Assembly (NCBI GenBank): GCA_038727705.1
Contig: JAVYVJ010000002.1
Location: 359,051-423,050, forward strand
Direction: 5' to 3'
DNA length: 64,000 nt
From: Zestosphaera sp.
Lineage (GTDB): Archaea; Thermoproteota; Thermoprotei_A; Sulfolobales; NBVN01
The notes under the pieces were generated by a model. That model had not been told where the DNA came from. It did no database searches and saw nothing but the letters and a program-made list of their open reading frames with translations. Of the stretch, positions 29,402 to 38,124 are shown piece by piece. Numbering within the stretch: position 1 is the first letter of the stretch; each line of letters starts with the position of its first letter. The position numbers and the translations under genes were made by a program.

Positions 29402-30413
29402 GTTTAGGCGTTACCCCCATCACCTTCTTCCCAACGGCCGTTAGTTTAGCCAGCAGAGCGTCAAGCTGAATCTCCTCGTCAGCGCCCTCGACCAACCTGA
29501 ACTGAACCTCACCCACATAGTCGACCAGCTCTATCTTCAAATCCTCGGGAAGTTCAGTGTCTGATGAGGTGAGCTCCCTATGGATCTGCTTGAGGACGTC
29601 AATACCTGAAAGGCCGTAGGTGATCATTAAGTTCCTTAAGATCGTCCTCGCTTTCATGAAGTCACCGTTTAGGGCGGTCTTAACCATCTCCCTAACCTCC
29701 TTCGGATGCGCTAGGCCGACCACCTTATAGACGTTGGAAACCGTTACCTCACCCAGCGTCGCCGCCGTCTGCAGGATGTTTATCGCCTTCCTCATGTCAC
29801 CCTCGCTCAGATCGTGTATCGAGTCCAGCGCGTCCTGAGCACACTTAACACCCTCCCTAACGCATATCCACGAAAGCCTCCCAACAACGTCCTCCCTGCT
29901 TAACGGCACGAATCTGAATACGGCGCACCTGGACTGGATGGGCTCGATGATCTTACTAGGGTAGTTGGCGATCAAGATAAATCTCGTTACTGCGACATAC
30001 ATCTCCATGAGCCTCCTCAACGCCTGCTGAGCATCGCTGGTCATGTTGTCGGATTCGTCCAGCACAATCAGTTTGAACGGCACGTTCCCGTGCATCTTAG
30101 TTCTGGCGAACTCCTTCACCTTAGTCCTGATCACGTCGATCCCCCTTTCGTCCGAAGCGTTCAGCTCAAGTAAGTACGGCCTATAATCACTCCCGTATAG
30201 GTCGTGGGCGAAGGCGTGCGCTACCGTAGTCTTGCCTGTTCCCGGGGGGCCTGCGAAGAGCAGGTGTGGTGTGTTCCTCTCCCTTATGAACTGCTTGAGC
30301 CTCAGTATTATCTCCTTCTGATTCACCACCTCATCCAGCGTTTTAGGACGATACTTCTCGGTCCATAGTAGCTCAGCTAGAACCCTGCTTGAGTCTTCAC
30401 TCAACTCAGGCAC
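29388..30413 (-). CDS. rfcS: replication factor C small subunit
   Basis: LWTEKYRPKTLDEVVNQ, GPPGTGKTT, VLDESDNMT, SRC motif (IQSRCAVFRF). 341 aa with no intein. Overlaps rfcL by 14 nt. Confidence 0.95.
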   Translation of the reverse strand: MPELSEDSSRVLAELLWTEKYRPKTLDEVVNQKEIILRLKQFIRERNTPHLLFAGPPGTGKTTVAHAFAHDLYGSDYRPYLLELNASDERGIDVIRTKVKEFARTKMHGNVPFKLIVLDESDNMTSDAQQALRRLMEMYVAVTRFILIANYPSKIIEPIQSRCAVFRFVPLSREDVVGRLSWICVREGVKCAQDALDSIHDLSEGDMRKAINILQTAATLGEVTVSNVYKVVGLAHPKEVREMVKTALNGDFMKARTILRNLMITYGLSGIDVLKQIHRELTSSDTELPEDLKIELVDYVGEVQFRLVEGADEEIQLDALLAKLTAVGKKVMGVTPKRVGK

Positions 30414-30509
30414 CCGATTTATTATCTGAGGAGCCAGCCTTATAACGATTTGGCTTAACGGGGCTATGGCACACCTTGAGCTCAGCCCTCACGCGCGGTC
30501 GGGGAGGCT

Positions 30510-30800
30510 CTACTTCCTAGAAATCCCCAGCCTCTCCGTGACTGACGCATGGAGGACGTCGTTCTCAATCTTCTTCACTACCACCCTTACCTTCTCCCCT
30601 AGAACAGCCCTCGGCACCACCACCTTTAAGTTGTTGTGATACCCTATCCCCCTCCCCTCACCGTCAACCTCAATTATCTTCACCACCAACTCGTCCCCTA
30701 CTTGGGGATTAGACCTGGATCTACCGCTTTTGTCATAGTATATGCTGAAGCGCTGAACGTTTACTGAGTATGGGTCAGAATACTTCCTGTACTTAGTCAT
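30510..30800 (-). CDS. TRAM-domain protein
   Basis: 96 aa. VGDELVVKIIEVDGEGRGIGYHNNLKVVVPRAVLGEKVRVVVKKIENDVLHA is a stand-alone TRAM beta-barrel pattern. Confidence 0.75.
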   Translation of the reverse strand: MTKYRKYSDPYSVNVQRFSIYYDKSGRSRSNPQVGDELVVKIIEVDGEGRGIGYHNNLKVVVPRAVLGEKVRVVVKKIENDVLHASVTERLGISRK

Positions 30801-31200
30801 TCATTCCACCTATCCCACCTAAAGGTACGTACATGACTTCTACACACTATAATTAACGTGTTTAAGGTTTATAAACCGTGAGCCCTAAGGCCTGCCCGCG
30901 TTGAGGTGATTCGAGGCTTCGGCCCTATAGTCAGGCGATACCGTCCGCTACGTTGTTCTTGTCCGTGATTGCTTAGGCCCCGCGTGCCGGTTCATCGCAA
31001 TCCCCCGAACCGGGAACACTGGAACGACCGCTGATCCTTAAGCCTAATTGACCTCGGACAGGCCTTTCATAGCCCATCAAGTCATCGCCCTTCACCCCAG
31101 CCCTCATCCCCGGCTAACTGCAGCAGGGAACTCCCGACACCCCAGTGTTGGATGCGTAAGTTATAATACTGTTAGCAGTTAATCTAGAGGGTGTGAGCGT

Positions 31201-31473
31201 TTGGTTACAGTGGTAATTCACGTGGATAAGGACGGTGCTAAAGTCGGTTTCTACGACGAGGAGGGTAAGTTGAGGGATTCGGCGGACCTCAGGTCGGGAC
31301 GCAGGATCGTCCTGGACTTCAGGGGGGTTAACGAGGTCCGGGTGACTCCCTACAGTTTCTCAGAGGGTGTTGTGGTCGTGATTAAGGATTTCAAGGAGTT
31401 CAAGACTATGGAGGTCGGAGGAGTTGAGGAAGCCGCTGGAGTTGAGGGTGGAGAGGTCGAGGAGCCGGAGTAA
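31201..31473 (+). CDS. hypothetical small protein with acidic tail
   Basis: 90-aa ORF from a TTG start, about 35 nt downstream of a TTATAATA box. Acidic C-terminus (GGVEEAAGVEGGEVEEPE). First of five co-oriented, tightly packed genes. Confidence 0.4.
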   Translation: MVTVVIHVDKDGAKVGFYDEEGKLRDSADLRSGRRIVLDFRGVNEVRVTPYSFSEGVVVVIKDFKEFKTMEVGGVEEAAGVEGGEVEEPE

Positions 31474-31498
31474 CCTCCACAAAAGAACATCCCTCTAC

Positions 31499-31882
31499 AT
31501 GGTGATGAGCAAGAACTGTGACAAGGCCAACTATACAGTCGTTGAGAAGGTGGGTGTGAGACCTGCTTACGCAGTCGGGAATGCTGAGCTGCATAAGGTA
31601 GCGGTGCCCGAGGACTCCTTCGCCGTCCAAGCGACCTTCACGCTCAATCCAAGGAACAGAGTGAGTGGTGAGATCATAGTGCTTGACCCTGAGGGAAGAC
31701 GACTTTCCAGGGCCGTCTACAGGAAGCTCAAGGTCAGGGTGCTTGAGGGCGGTGATCCCTTAACTCTAAAGATGCTCAAGTGCTTATTCGACTCCCTGAA
31801 GCTGTTGGTGAAGAAGTACAGCGTGCTGCACCCCGTCAGCCGTTTAGGAACACCTTCAAAGCGCTATAGGGAGGTTCCATAG
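31499..31882 (+). CDS. hypothetical protein
   Basis: The ORF is open from 31424. The ATG at 31499 (MVMSKNCDK...) avoids overlap with the preceding ORF. No motif recognised. Confidence 0.45.
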   Translation: MVMSKNCDKANYTVVEKVGVRPAYAVGNAELHKVAVPEDSFAVQATFTLNPRNRVSGEIIVLDPEGRRLSRAVYRKLKVRVLEGGDPLTLKMLKCLFDSLKLLVKKYSVLHPVSRLGTPSKRYREVP

Positions 31883-31884
31883 CG

Positions 31885-32217
31885 ATGCTATCTCCGGAGG
31901 AGATGAGGGTCAAGCTACTCGACCAGCTGCGGAACTTGGGCTTCGGCATATTGACGGCGTCCGAATATCAGGTCGCGAGCAGGCTGCTCACAATCGCCGG
32001 GGTCCATAGGGACGTAATCGTCAGGAGAGTGCCACAAACCCAATACTACGTACTCGAAGTCGATAAGAGGTCGTTCATATCAGAGTGCAGGAACCTGGCC
32101 AGGAGGAACGAAGTCACGAGCGTGAGCCTCCTAATCACCTGCGTCGAGAGTAAGAAGGCAGAGACCCTGGGTAGGATCATGGAGAAGCTATCTCAAGCCA
32201 GGTTTGAGGGTGTCTAA
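31885..32217 (+). CDS. hypothetical protein
   Basis: 110 aa. Starts 2 nt after the previous stop and overlaps pth2 by 14 nt. Any nuclease-fold resemblance (D-x13-E-V-D-K) is too weak to call. Confidence 0.5.
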   Translation: MLSPEEMRVKLLDQLRNLGFGILTASEYQVASRLLTIAGVHRDVIVRRVPQTQYYVLEVDKRSFISECRNLARRNEVTSVSLLITCVESKKAETLGRIMEKLSQARFEGV

Positions 32218-32578
32218 TCAGGTGTTCAGATTCAAGCAGGTTATATTGGTACGCATGGACCTTGAGATGAGCAAGGGCAAGCTGGCCGTGCAGGTGGCCC
32301 ACGCATCGGTCACGGCCTTCATGGAAGCTCTTAAGGCCAGGAGGGAGTGGGCTGACGCGTGGGTTAGGGAGGGGCAGAAAAAGGTGGTCCTCAAGGTGGC
32401 TGATCTGCAGGAGCTCACTACCTATTATGAGGAGGCGAGGAGGCTGGGGCTCCCGGCCTCGATGATTGCTGACGCAGGGCTCACGGAACTCCCTGAAGGC
32501 ACGGTGACGGCTGTCGGGATAGGGCCGGCTCCTGAGGATCTGGTCGACAGGGTTACTGGCAATCTGAAGCTCCTTTAG
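32204..32578 (+). CDS. pth2: peptidyl-tRNA hydrolase, archaeal/eukaryotic type (Pth2)
   Basis: [26 protein letters not shown] ... [21 protein letters not shown] is the Pth2 signature. The exact start is uncertain (TTG 32204, GTG 32210 or GTG 32222). Confidence 0.9.
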   Translation: MRVSNQVFRFKQVILVRMDLEMSKGKLAVQVAHASVTAFMEALKARREWADAWVREGQKKVVLKVADLQELTTYYEEARRLGLPASMIADAGLTELPEGTVTAVGIGPAPEDLVDRVTGNLKLL

Positions 32579-32596
32579 GAGGGCCGGGTTACGTCG

Positions 32597-33817
32597 ATGA
32601 GCCTCGCGTTCTCAGAGCACTGGCTCGACAAAGTTGTGGGCATTCTCCTCTACAGCAGGCCGGAGTTAAGGCTCGGCGAGAACGTAAGGTTCTTCAAGAG
32701 TGGGGACTTCTTCAAGGTCTACGAGATCGACGCTGAGGGCGTCCAGGCAGTACCGCCTAACCCTTCCTCAAGCGATGGAGAGCCCTTCACCTGCAGAGGG
32801 GGTGAGGTACTTCGGTATGTCCTCTGTAAGGAGGGGTTCTCAACACCTGAGGCCGTCGGGCACATATCTGCGCTCATGGAGGCTGAAGTAGCATATGCTG
32901 GTATTAAGGACTCTGAGGGACTCACGTGCCAGTTCATAACGGTTAAGTGCAGGCCTGGAGCGAGGCGTGAGGCCTACTACGAGCTACTTGAAGGCAGGAT
33001 TAAGCTGTTTCTTCACGGCCGCGCCGACGTCATGCTTGGGAGGGGCGATCTAGGCGGCAATCGCTTTGAAGTAACTCTGCTCGGGGTCAACGCGGGCGAC
33101 ATCGCAAAGTTGGAACGGCTGAGGAACAAAGGAAGTGATATGAGTTTCCTTAATTACTACGGGCACCAGAGGTTCGGCACTAGAAGGCCTGTAACCCACC
33201 TTGTAGGTCGGGCCCTGCTGGGAGGGGATGTTGGAGAGGCTGTTGAGCTAATACTTGGCAAGCCCTACCAGAGCGAATCGCCGAGAGTGGTTGAGGCTAG
33301 GAGGGCTTATGAGAGGGGGGACTTCAAGGAATCGCTGAAGCTCTTCCCAAGAAGTTTTAGGGTTGAGAGGCTCTTGCTGGGGGAGCTACTCAAGGGAAGG
33401 AGGGCTGAAGAAGCCTTAAAAAGAGTTGACGAATGGCTTCTCAGGATGTACGTAGAGGCCTACCAGTCCTACCTCTTCAATACATCCTTAAGCAAGTTAG
33501 CAACGGACTTTGGAGGGGTTGACGAGCTAGCGAGCGCGTGTGATACGCTTCCAATACCCAGACCCGGCTTGAGGGTGCTGGACAGGTGTTCCCAGGAATT
33601 CATCGCGGCCGTTGAAAGGGAGTTGGAGATGATCGATGATACAAGTGCGTACACTAAGTACCTAAACAAAGGCAACCGTGAAGCGACGTTCACACCGCAG
33701 AACCTCACGATGGCGGTGAATGAGGACGTAGTGACGTTAAGCTTCACCCTGAAGCCATCAACATACGGGACTATACTCATACGCGAGTTGATTACCACAC
33801 ATCGCCTCCTGCATTAG
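32597..33817 (+). CDS. truD: tRNA pseudouridine synthase TruD/Pus7 family
   Basis: GIKDSEGLTCQFITV (GxKD catalytic-Asp motif), NYYGHQRFG, and a C-terminal TruD insertion-domain layout. 406 aa. Confidence 0.85.
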   Translation: MSLAFSEHWLDKVVGILLYSRPELRLGENVRFFKSGDFFKVYEIDAEGVQAVPPNPSSSDGEPFTCRGGEVLRYVLCKEGFSTPEAVGHISALMEAEVAYAGIKDSEGLTCQFITVKCRPGARREAYYELLEGRIKLFLHGRADVMLGRGDLGGNRFEVTLLGVNAGDIAKLERLRNKGSDMSFLNYYGHQRFGTRRPVTHLVGRALLGGDVGEAVELILGKPYQSESPRVVEARRAYERGDFKESLKLFPRSFRVERLLLGELLKGRRAEEALKRVDEWLLRMYVEAYQSYLFNTSLSKLATDFGGVDELASACDTLPIPRPGLRVLDRCSQEFIAAVERELEMIDDTSAYTKYLNKGNREATFTPQNLTMAVNEDVVTLSFTLKPSTYGTILIRELITTHRLLH

Positions 33818-34154
33818 ATAATACCCAGCTAATCCTCACCGGTCTAACGAGCGCACACGTGGATAGCTAGAGGAACAACTACATCTCTGGCTAAAGTCTC
33901 GTTAAGACTTCGCTAGAGTACCTAAGATGATGACAAGCACCCGGACAGTGATGCGGGCTTTGCCCCAAGCTCAGGACATGAAGAGGTGTCTACTGATATG
34001 GTCTGCAGGCATCGCGGAACACAGGATTAAAGCACGATGCATTCCAGCAAGGTCCATAACAGCCTAATGTAGGGGCGGCAATGTTCAAAGCTAGATGCTC
34101 ATCCCTAATGTCTGAGGCGGGCCGCTTAAACCATAATATTCAAGAAGACATGAG

Positions 34155-34490
34155 TTACTCAGGCTCCACCAAGACGGCAGTCCCGTAGGCAACCATCTCC
34201 GCCGCTCCACTCATTATGGAAGACGTTGCAAACCTAACTCCTAGAACAGCGTTCGCACCCATAGCTTTAGCTTTCTCAATCATTCTGGAGAGTGCTTCAT
34301 TTCTGGAGGACGCTAGAAGTTCCGTATACTCCACTATCTCTCCGCCGGCCAGGTTCCTTAATGCAGCCACTATATCCCTACCTACGTTCCTAGCCCTGAC
34401 GGTGCTGCCGCTAACTATACCTAAAACCTTCTTGATCCTATAGCCGGGCAACGTCTCGAGCGTAGTAACCAGAAAATGAGCCTCGGACAC
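34155..34490 (-). CDS. YbjQ/UPF0145 family protein
   Basis: 111 aa. VTTLETLPGYRIKKVLGIVSGSTVRARNVGRDIVAALRNLAGGEI...GANAVLGVRF is the canonical YbjQ pattern. Confidence 0.85.
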   Translation of the reverse strand: MSEAHFLVTTLETLPGYRIKKVLGIVSGSTVRARNVGRDIVAALRNLAGGEIVEYTELLASSRNEALSRMIEKAKAMGANAVLGVRFATSSIMSGAAEMVAYGTAVLVEPE

Positions 34491-34623
34491 AGTTTCACCT
34501 ACTAAATTTAGGTCTCTACTCCTTAAAATGGAGCTTAAATCGTGCAGAGTTGAGCTTAAATGCTTGAACCGGTTTTACCCACCTTAGCGAGACACACGCT
34601 TCCATTACACGGAGGTTCCTACA

Positions 34624-34713
34624 GTTGGAAGCCCCCGCCCCTCATAACACCGTTGCTCTTCGCGCTGTTTCTGGCCGCCATAATAATTGTTGGAAGCCCC
34701 CGCCCCTCATAAC
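34624..34713. repeat. two perfect 25-nt direct repeats (GTTGGAAGCCCCCGCCCCTCATAAC) separated by a 40-nt unique spacer; CRISPR-like geometry
   Basis: Copies at 34624-34648 and 34689-34713 are identical, with a 65-nt period. There is no third unit at +/-65 nt. No cas genes are present in the window. Confidence 0.6.
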
Positions 34714-34764
34714 CGAGAGGTCGGCGTGGATTTAGCGTGAAGTCCTAGGCAGTAGGTGGAGACG

Positions 34765-35835
34765 CTACGGGTTACTGCAGTAGTCGGTTATCGTGTCCCG
34801 GTAGATTCTGGCGCCTAGTTCCAACTCCTCGATGCTTATTTCCTCACGGTCTGTGTGGGAAAGCTCCGACCTTCCAGGCCCGTAGCTAACTATATTGCTG
34901 GTTAGTCCTGCCAGCAGATTCATGTCGCTGGTGCCGAGCTTGAGGACAGGCGTTGGTTTCAGGTTGTTTCTTATGATGGCCCTCACCAAGGATCTGACTA
35001 TTGGCGCGTTGACGCTCACCTTGACGGGTGGTGTTTCATCATCTATACTGTAGACGCACCTCTCATACCCGTTGGAGAGGAGCTCCACTAACTTACCCTT
35101 GACGGCATCCAACCCTAACCCCACTGGAACCCTTATATCTACTAGGGCGTCGCACTCCCTCGGTATGACGCTGAAGGGCATACCGCCCTTGATGTAGTTC
35201 ATGCTGAGACTTAAGTTCGGGATTGAGCCAAGTAGCGATTTGAGGTCTAACCACAGTCTCATTAACTCCTCAATTGCCGAGACCCCCTCGCTAGGATTCG
35301 ATGAGTGACCACCACTACCCAAGCACTTAAGCTTTAGTTTGATGGTACCTCTATAACCAATGACTACTCCGTCACACCCTGACGGTTCGCCGACCACCAC
35401 TGCCGTTGGCTTAGCTCCGCCGGAATTCAGGACACTCATTAATGCCCTGGCACCCGGGCTCCTGCCCTCCTCACCCACTAGCGCTACTACAGTAACTCTG
35501 CATCTATCGTCCACGTGCTTGAGAGCCTCTAACGCTCCCACAGTGATCGCCACCAACGGGCCTTTAGCGTCCACCGCACCCCTGCCTCTGAAGACTCCAC
35601 CCTCATAATCTACTGGCAGCTCGCCTGCAACTGTGTCTATGTGCCCAGCGAGTAATACCCACCTACCCCCGTTGCCATGGTCTATGATTGCGTTGCCTGC
35701 GTGGTCGGCGTGCGCGTCAACGATGTGTAGGCCATTCACGAAGCTTATATACCTCCTGACAGCCGCCTCCTCACTGCCGGTAGGGCTGTAGGTCCTGAGC
35801 AACTCAAGCATTAACTCTTCTAGCAACCTCCTCAT
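34765..35835 (-). CDS. lysK: [LysW]-lysine/ornithine hydrolase (LysK; ArgE/M20 peptidase family)
   Basis: M20 motifs (LLAGHIDTV, GRGAVDAKG, EEG). Position is last in lysWXJK. Confidence 0.85.
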   Translation of the reverse strand: MRRLLEELMLELLRTYSPTGSEEAAVRRYISFVNGLHIVDAHADHAGNAIIDHGNGGRWVLLAGHIDTVAGELPVDYEGGVFRGRGAVDAKGPLVAITVGALEALKHVDDRCRVTVVALVGEEGRSPGARALMSVLNSGGAKPTAVVVGEPSGCDGVVIGYRGTIKLKLKCLGSGGHSSNPSEGVSAIEELMRLWLDLKSLLGSIPNLSLSMNYIKGGMPFSVIPRECDALVDIRVPVGLGLDAVKGKLVELLSNGYERCVYSIDDETPPVKVSVNAPIVRSLVRAIIRNNLKPTPVLKLGTSDMNLLAGLTSNIVSYGPGRSELSHTDREEISIEELELGARIYRDTITDYCSNP

Positions 35836-36973
35836 CTAGACACCTGTCCATGGCTGAGGCTATTGCCGAGACGTCCTCGTCGTTAATGAGGTATGGAGGC
35901 AGGAGCCTAACCACGGTGTTCCCTGCCTTCAGCGCTATCACTCCTTCCCTCTGTAGACACTGGATGACGAATTTGGGATCGAACCTCAGCTCCACCCCGA
36001 CCATCAGTCCGACACCTCTGACATCCCTGACCACTCGGGAGTCGCTGCACACCTTGCCCAACTCGCTGAGTAACTTACTACCTACAGTGCATGCTTTGCC
36101 AGCCACGTCTTCCTCCATCAGCACTTCAGCGGCGGCCTTAACCGCGGCTAGCGCTATGGGGTTACCGCCGAAGGTGGTTCCGTGATCACCCTCACCTAAC
36201 TGAGGGCCTACGTCTTCCCTGAGCAATGCTATTGACACAGGTACTCCACCACCTATCGCCTTACCAATCAACATCACGTCCCCATAGACTCCGTACATGT
36301 CTGAGGCCCACGTGTATCCAGTCCTGCCACAACCTGTCTGAATCTCGTCAACTATCAGGAGAGCCCCCCTGCTCTCGGTGACTTCCCTAAGTACCTTCAT
36401 GAACTCCCGCGTCGCCGGGTTAATCCCACCCTCGCCCTGTACTGGCTCAACCACCACCGCAGCGATGTCCTCGGTCACGGTCTTCTCCAACGCGCCCACA
36501 TCGTTGAACCTGGCAAACTCTACGTCGAGGAGGGGCTTGAAGGGTTCCCTATACCTAGGATTCCACGTGAGTGACAGCGCGCCAAACGTGCGTCCATGAA
36601 ATGAGTTAATGAACGACACGAACTTAACCTTCCTCCTAACCTTTCTAGCGACCTTCAGGGCGAAGTCAACGGCCTCAGAGCCGGAATTCAGAAAGAACGC
36701 ATAGGTGTAATGCTTAGGCACTATCCTCCCGAGAGCGACTAATGCCTCATCTCTGAGTTCATTGTCAAACGTTGCAGGTAGGGTCATTACCTTACCCAGT
36801 TGCTCATTAACCGCGCGAACTATCTTCGGATTCCTGTGACCTAGGAACGCCACCCCATGACCTGTATGACAGTCCAGATACCTGACGCCGTCAACGTCCC
36901 ACACGTACTGACCCTCACCTCTGACGATCCTTAATCCCCTGGACGTGTAGAGGTTGAGCTGCTTGAGCATCAC
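35804..36973 (-). CDS. lysJ: [LysW]-aminoadipate semialdehyde / acetylornithine aminotransferase (LysJ/ArgD, class III)
   Basis: SGSEAVDFALKVAR, DEIQTGCGRTG, GKAIGGG (PLP-Lys region), TFGGNP. Confidence 0.9.
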   Translation of the reverse strand: MMLKQLNLYTSRGLRIVRGEGQYVWDVDGVRYLDCHTGHGVAFLGHRNPKIVRAVNEQLGKVMTLPATFDNELRDEALVALGRIVPKHYTYAFFLNSGSEAVDFALKVARKVRRKVKFVSFINSFHGRTFGALSLTWNPRYREPFKPLLDVEFARFNDVGALEKTVTEDIAAVVVEPVQGEGGINPATREFMKVLREVTESRGALLIVDEIQTGCGRTGYTWASDMYGVYGDVMLIGKAIGGGVPVSIALLREDVGPQLGEGDHGTTFGGNPIALAAVKAAAEVLMEEDVAGKACTVGSKLLSELGKVCSDSRVVRDVRGVGLMVGVELRFDPKFVIQCLQREGVIALKAGNTVVRLLPPYLINDEDVSAIASAMDRCLDEEVARRVNA

Positions 36974-37839
36974 TACTCCCTCGCCACACTGATTAGGTGT
37001 TCCAGAACCTTACGCGTGAGGTCATAACCTGTGACGGCGACGGTGTTTCTGAACTCCGTGACGGCGTTCACCTCATCCACCACGTAGCCCTTCTCAGGGT
37101 GCTCGAATACGTCGATCCCAAGGAAGTCCCCCCCAACCGCCTTGGCAGCCCTCAGCGCCAGATCCTCGAGCTCGGGATCTATCTGGGCAGGCACCGCCTT
37201 ACCACCCCTGGCTGTGTTCGTTATCCAATGGTCGCTGTACCTGTATATCGCTACAGGAACCTCCTCTCCCACGGTGAACACTCTAATATCTCTGCCGGGT
37301 TTCCTCACTAACTCCTGCACGTAATAGACGCTGTACATAGGGTTATGCATGAAGGACCTGTGCTCGACCACGGTCCTTAGATCCTCCTCATCATCCACTA
37401 GTGCGAGCAACTTACCCCAACTACCGTGTATGGGCTTAACCACGAAGGGGTACCGTAGCCCGTTCCCGACGATCCTATACACGGTATCGTGGTTGAATGT
37501 AACATACGTGTCAGGTGTCGGAACCCCGTTCCTAACGAGGAGTGATGTGGTCCAGAGTTTGTCTTGACATGTCATGATCGTGTATGATTTATTCATGACG
37601 TTAATGCCGTAAGATTCCATCAATATCGTGGACTCCAGTGAGTTGTAGAAGCTGACGGATCTCTGAAGCGCCACATCAACCTCACCTACACCCGTCAGAG
37701 ACTTGTCGCCTACCTTACCGAAGACTGTTGGGACGTGGAGCGGTATGATATCTACACCGAGCTTCCTAGCTGTGTCTATGAAAGACTTTTCCTCCCATCT
37801 AAGGATATCGTAGAGGAGTAGTAGTCTTACTCCCCCCAA
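36973..37839 (-). CDS. lysX: alpha-aminoadipate--LysW ligase (LysX; RimK/ATP-grasp)
   Basis: ATP-grasp layout, FVVKPIHGSWGK, EVNAVTEFRN. Lies immediately downstream of lysW. Confidence 0.9.
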   Translation of the reverse strand: MGGVRLLLLYDILRWEEKSFIDTARKLGVDIIPLHVPTVFGKVGDKSLTGVGEVDVALQRSVSFYNSLESTILMESYGINVMNKSYTIMTCQDKLWTTSLLVRNGVPTPDTYVTFNHDTVYRIVGNGLRYPFVVKPIHGSWGKLLALVDDEEDLRTVVEHRSFMHNPMYSVYYVQELVRKPGRDIRVFTVGEEVPVAIYRYSDHWITNTARGGKAVPAQIDPELEDLALRAAKAVGGDFLGIDVFEHPEKGYVVDEVNAVTEFRNTVAVTGYDLTRKVLEHLISVARE

Positions 37840-37991
37840 TCCTCTCTAACACCCTCCAAAGGTTTTAACCCCACCAAATCACCATCCACAACTACCTCCA
37901 GTGTAATGCCGCACTCATGCTCAACTAACTCGCCGGGGAGGGCGTCGTCAGGCACGTTCACTTCACCACCGCAGACAGGACACTTAGCCAT
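37827..37991 (-). CDS. lysW: amino-group carrier protein LysW
   Basis: 54 aa, MAKCPVCGGEVNVPDDALPGELVEHECGITLEVVVDGDLVGLKPLEGVREDWGE. It has the N-terminal CPxCG zinc-ribbon half-site and the C-terminal EDWGE acceptor tail. The 115-aa track ORF is an unsupported N-terminal extension; the start is ATG 37991 or 37994. Confidence 0.85.
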   Translation of the reverse strand: MAKCPVCGGEVNVPDDALPGELVEHECGITLEVVVDGDLVGLKPLEGVREDWGE

Positions 37992-38079
37992 CATTGCTTG
38001 CACACCGACTTGAGTCTTCATGGTTCGGTAGTTAAAAACTTCGGTGCTGGGTTGGGTGCTGGTTGTTTGAACTGAATGC

Positions 38080-38124
38080 ATGATTTCAAGACAAATCATC
38101 AAGAGTGCGGTGCGGAAACCGCAC
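38080..38124. promoter_or_regulatory. two palindromes in the lysW / lysY divergent promoter region (candidate Lrp/LysM operator and a GC hairpin)
   Basis: ATGATTT-caagac-AAATCAT at 38080-38099 and GTGCGGT-gcggaa-ACCGCAC at 38105-38124, both read directly. An Lrp/AsnC regulator is encoded at the end of the lysYZ arm. Confidence 0.35.

Noticed and set aside
30880-31160. Firm assignment of the structured intergenic region as SRP RNA or RNase P RNA
   Set aside because: An SRP assignment lacks the helix-8 GNAR tetraloop and AGCA loop. An RNase P assignment lacks the bulged U in P4 and the P1-P3 region. It is kept only as an unassigned ncRNA candidate in the findings.
33920-34000. C/D-box sRNA: ATGATGA C-box followed after 12 nt by CAGT/GATGCGG, with a CTGA about 60 nt downstream
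   Set aside because: The D' and C' boxes are non-canonical, the spacing from guide to terminal D box is irregular, and no terminal stem exists. This is insufficient for a call.
34531-34561. GAGCTTAAAT repeated twice with a 21-nt period
   Set aside because: It is short and AT-rich, and it lies in the promoter zone of the YbjQ-family gene (34155..34490). It is plausibly two TATA-like boxes and not distinctive enough to report as a finding.
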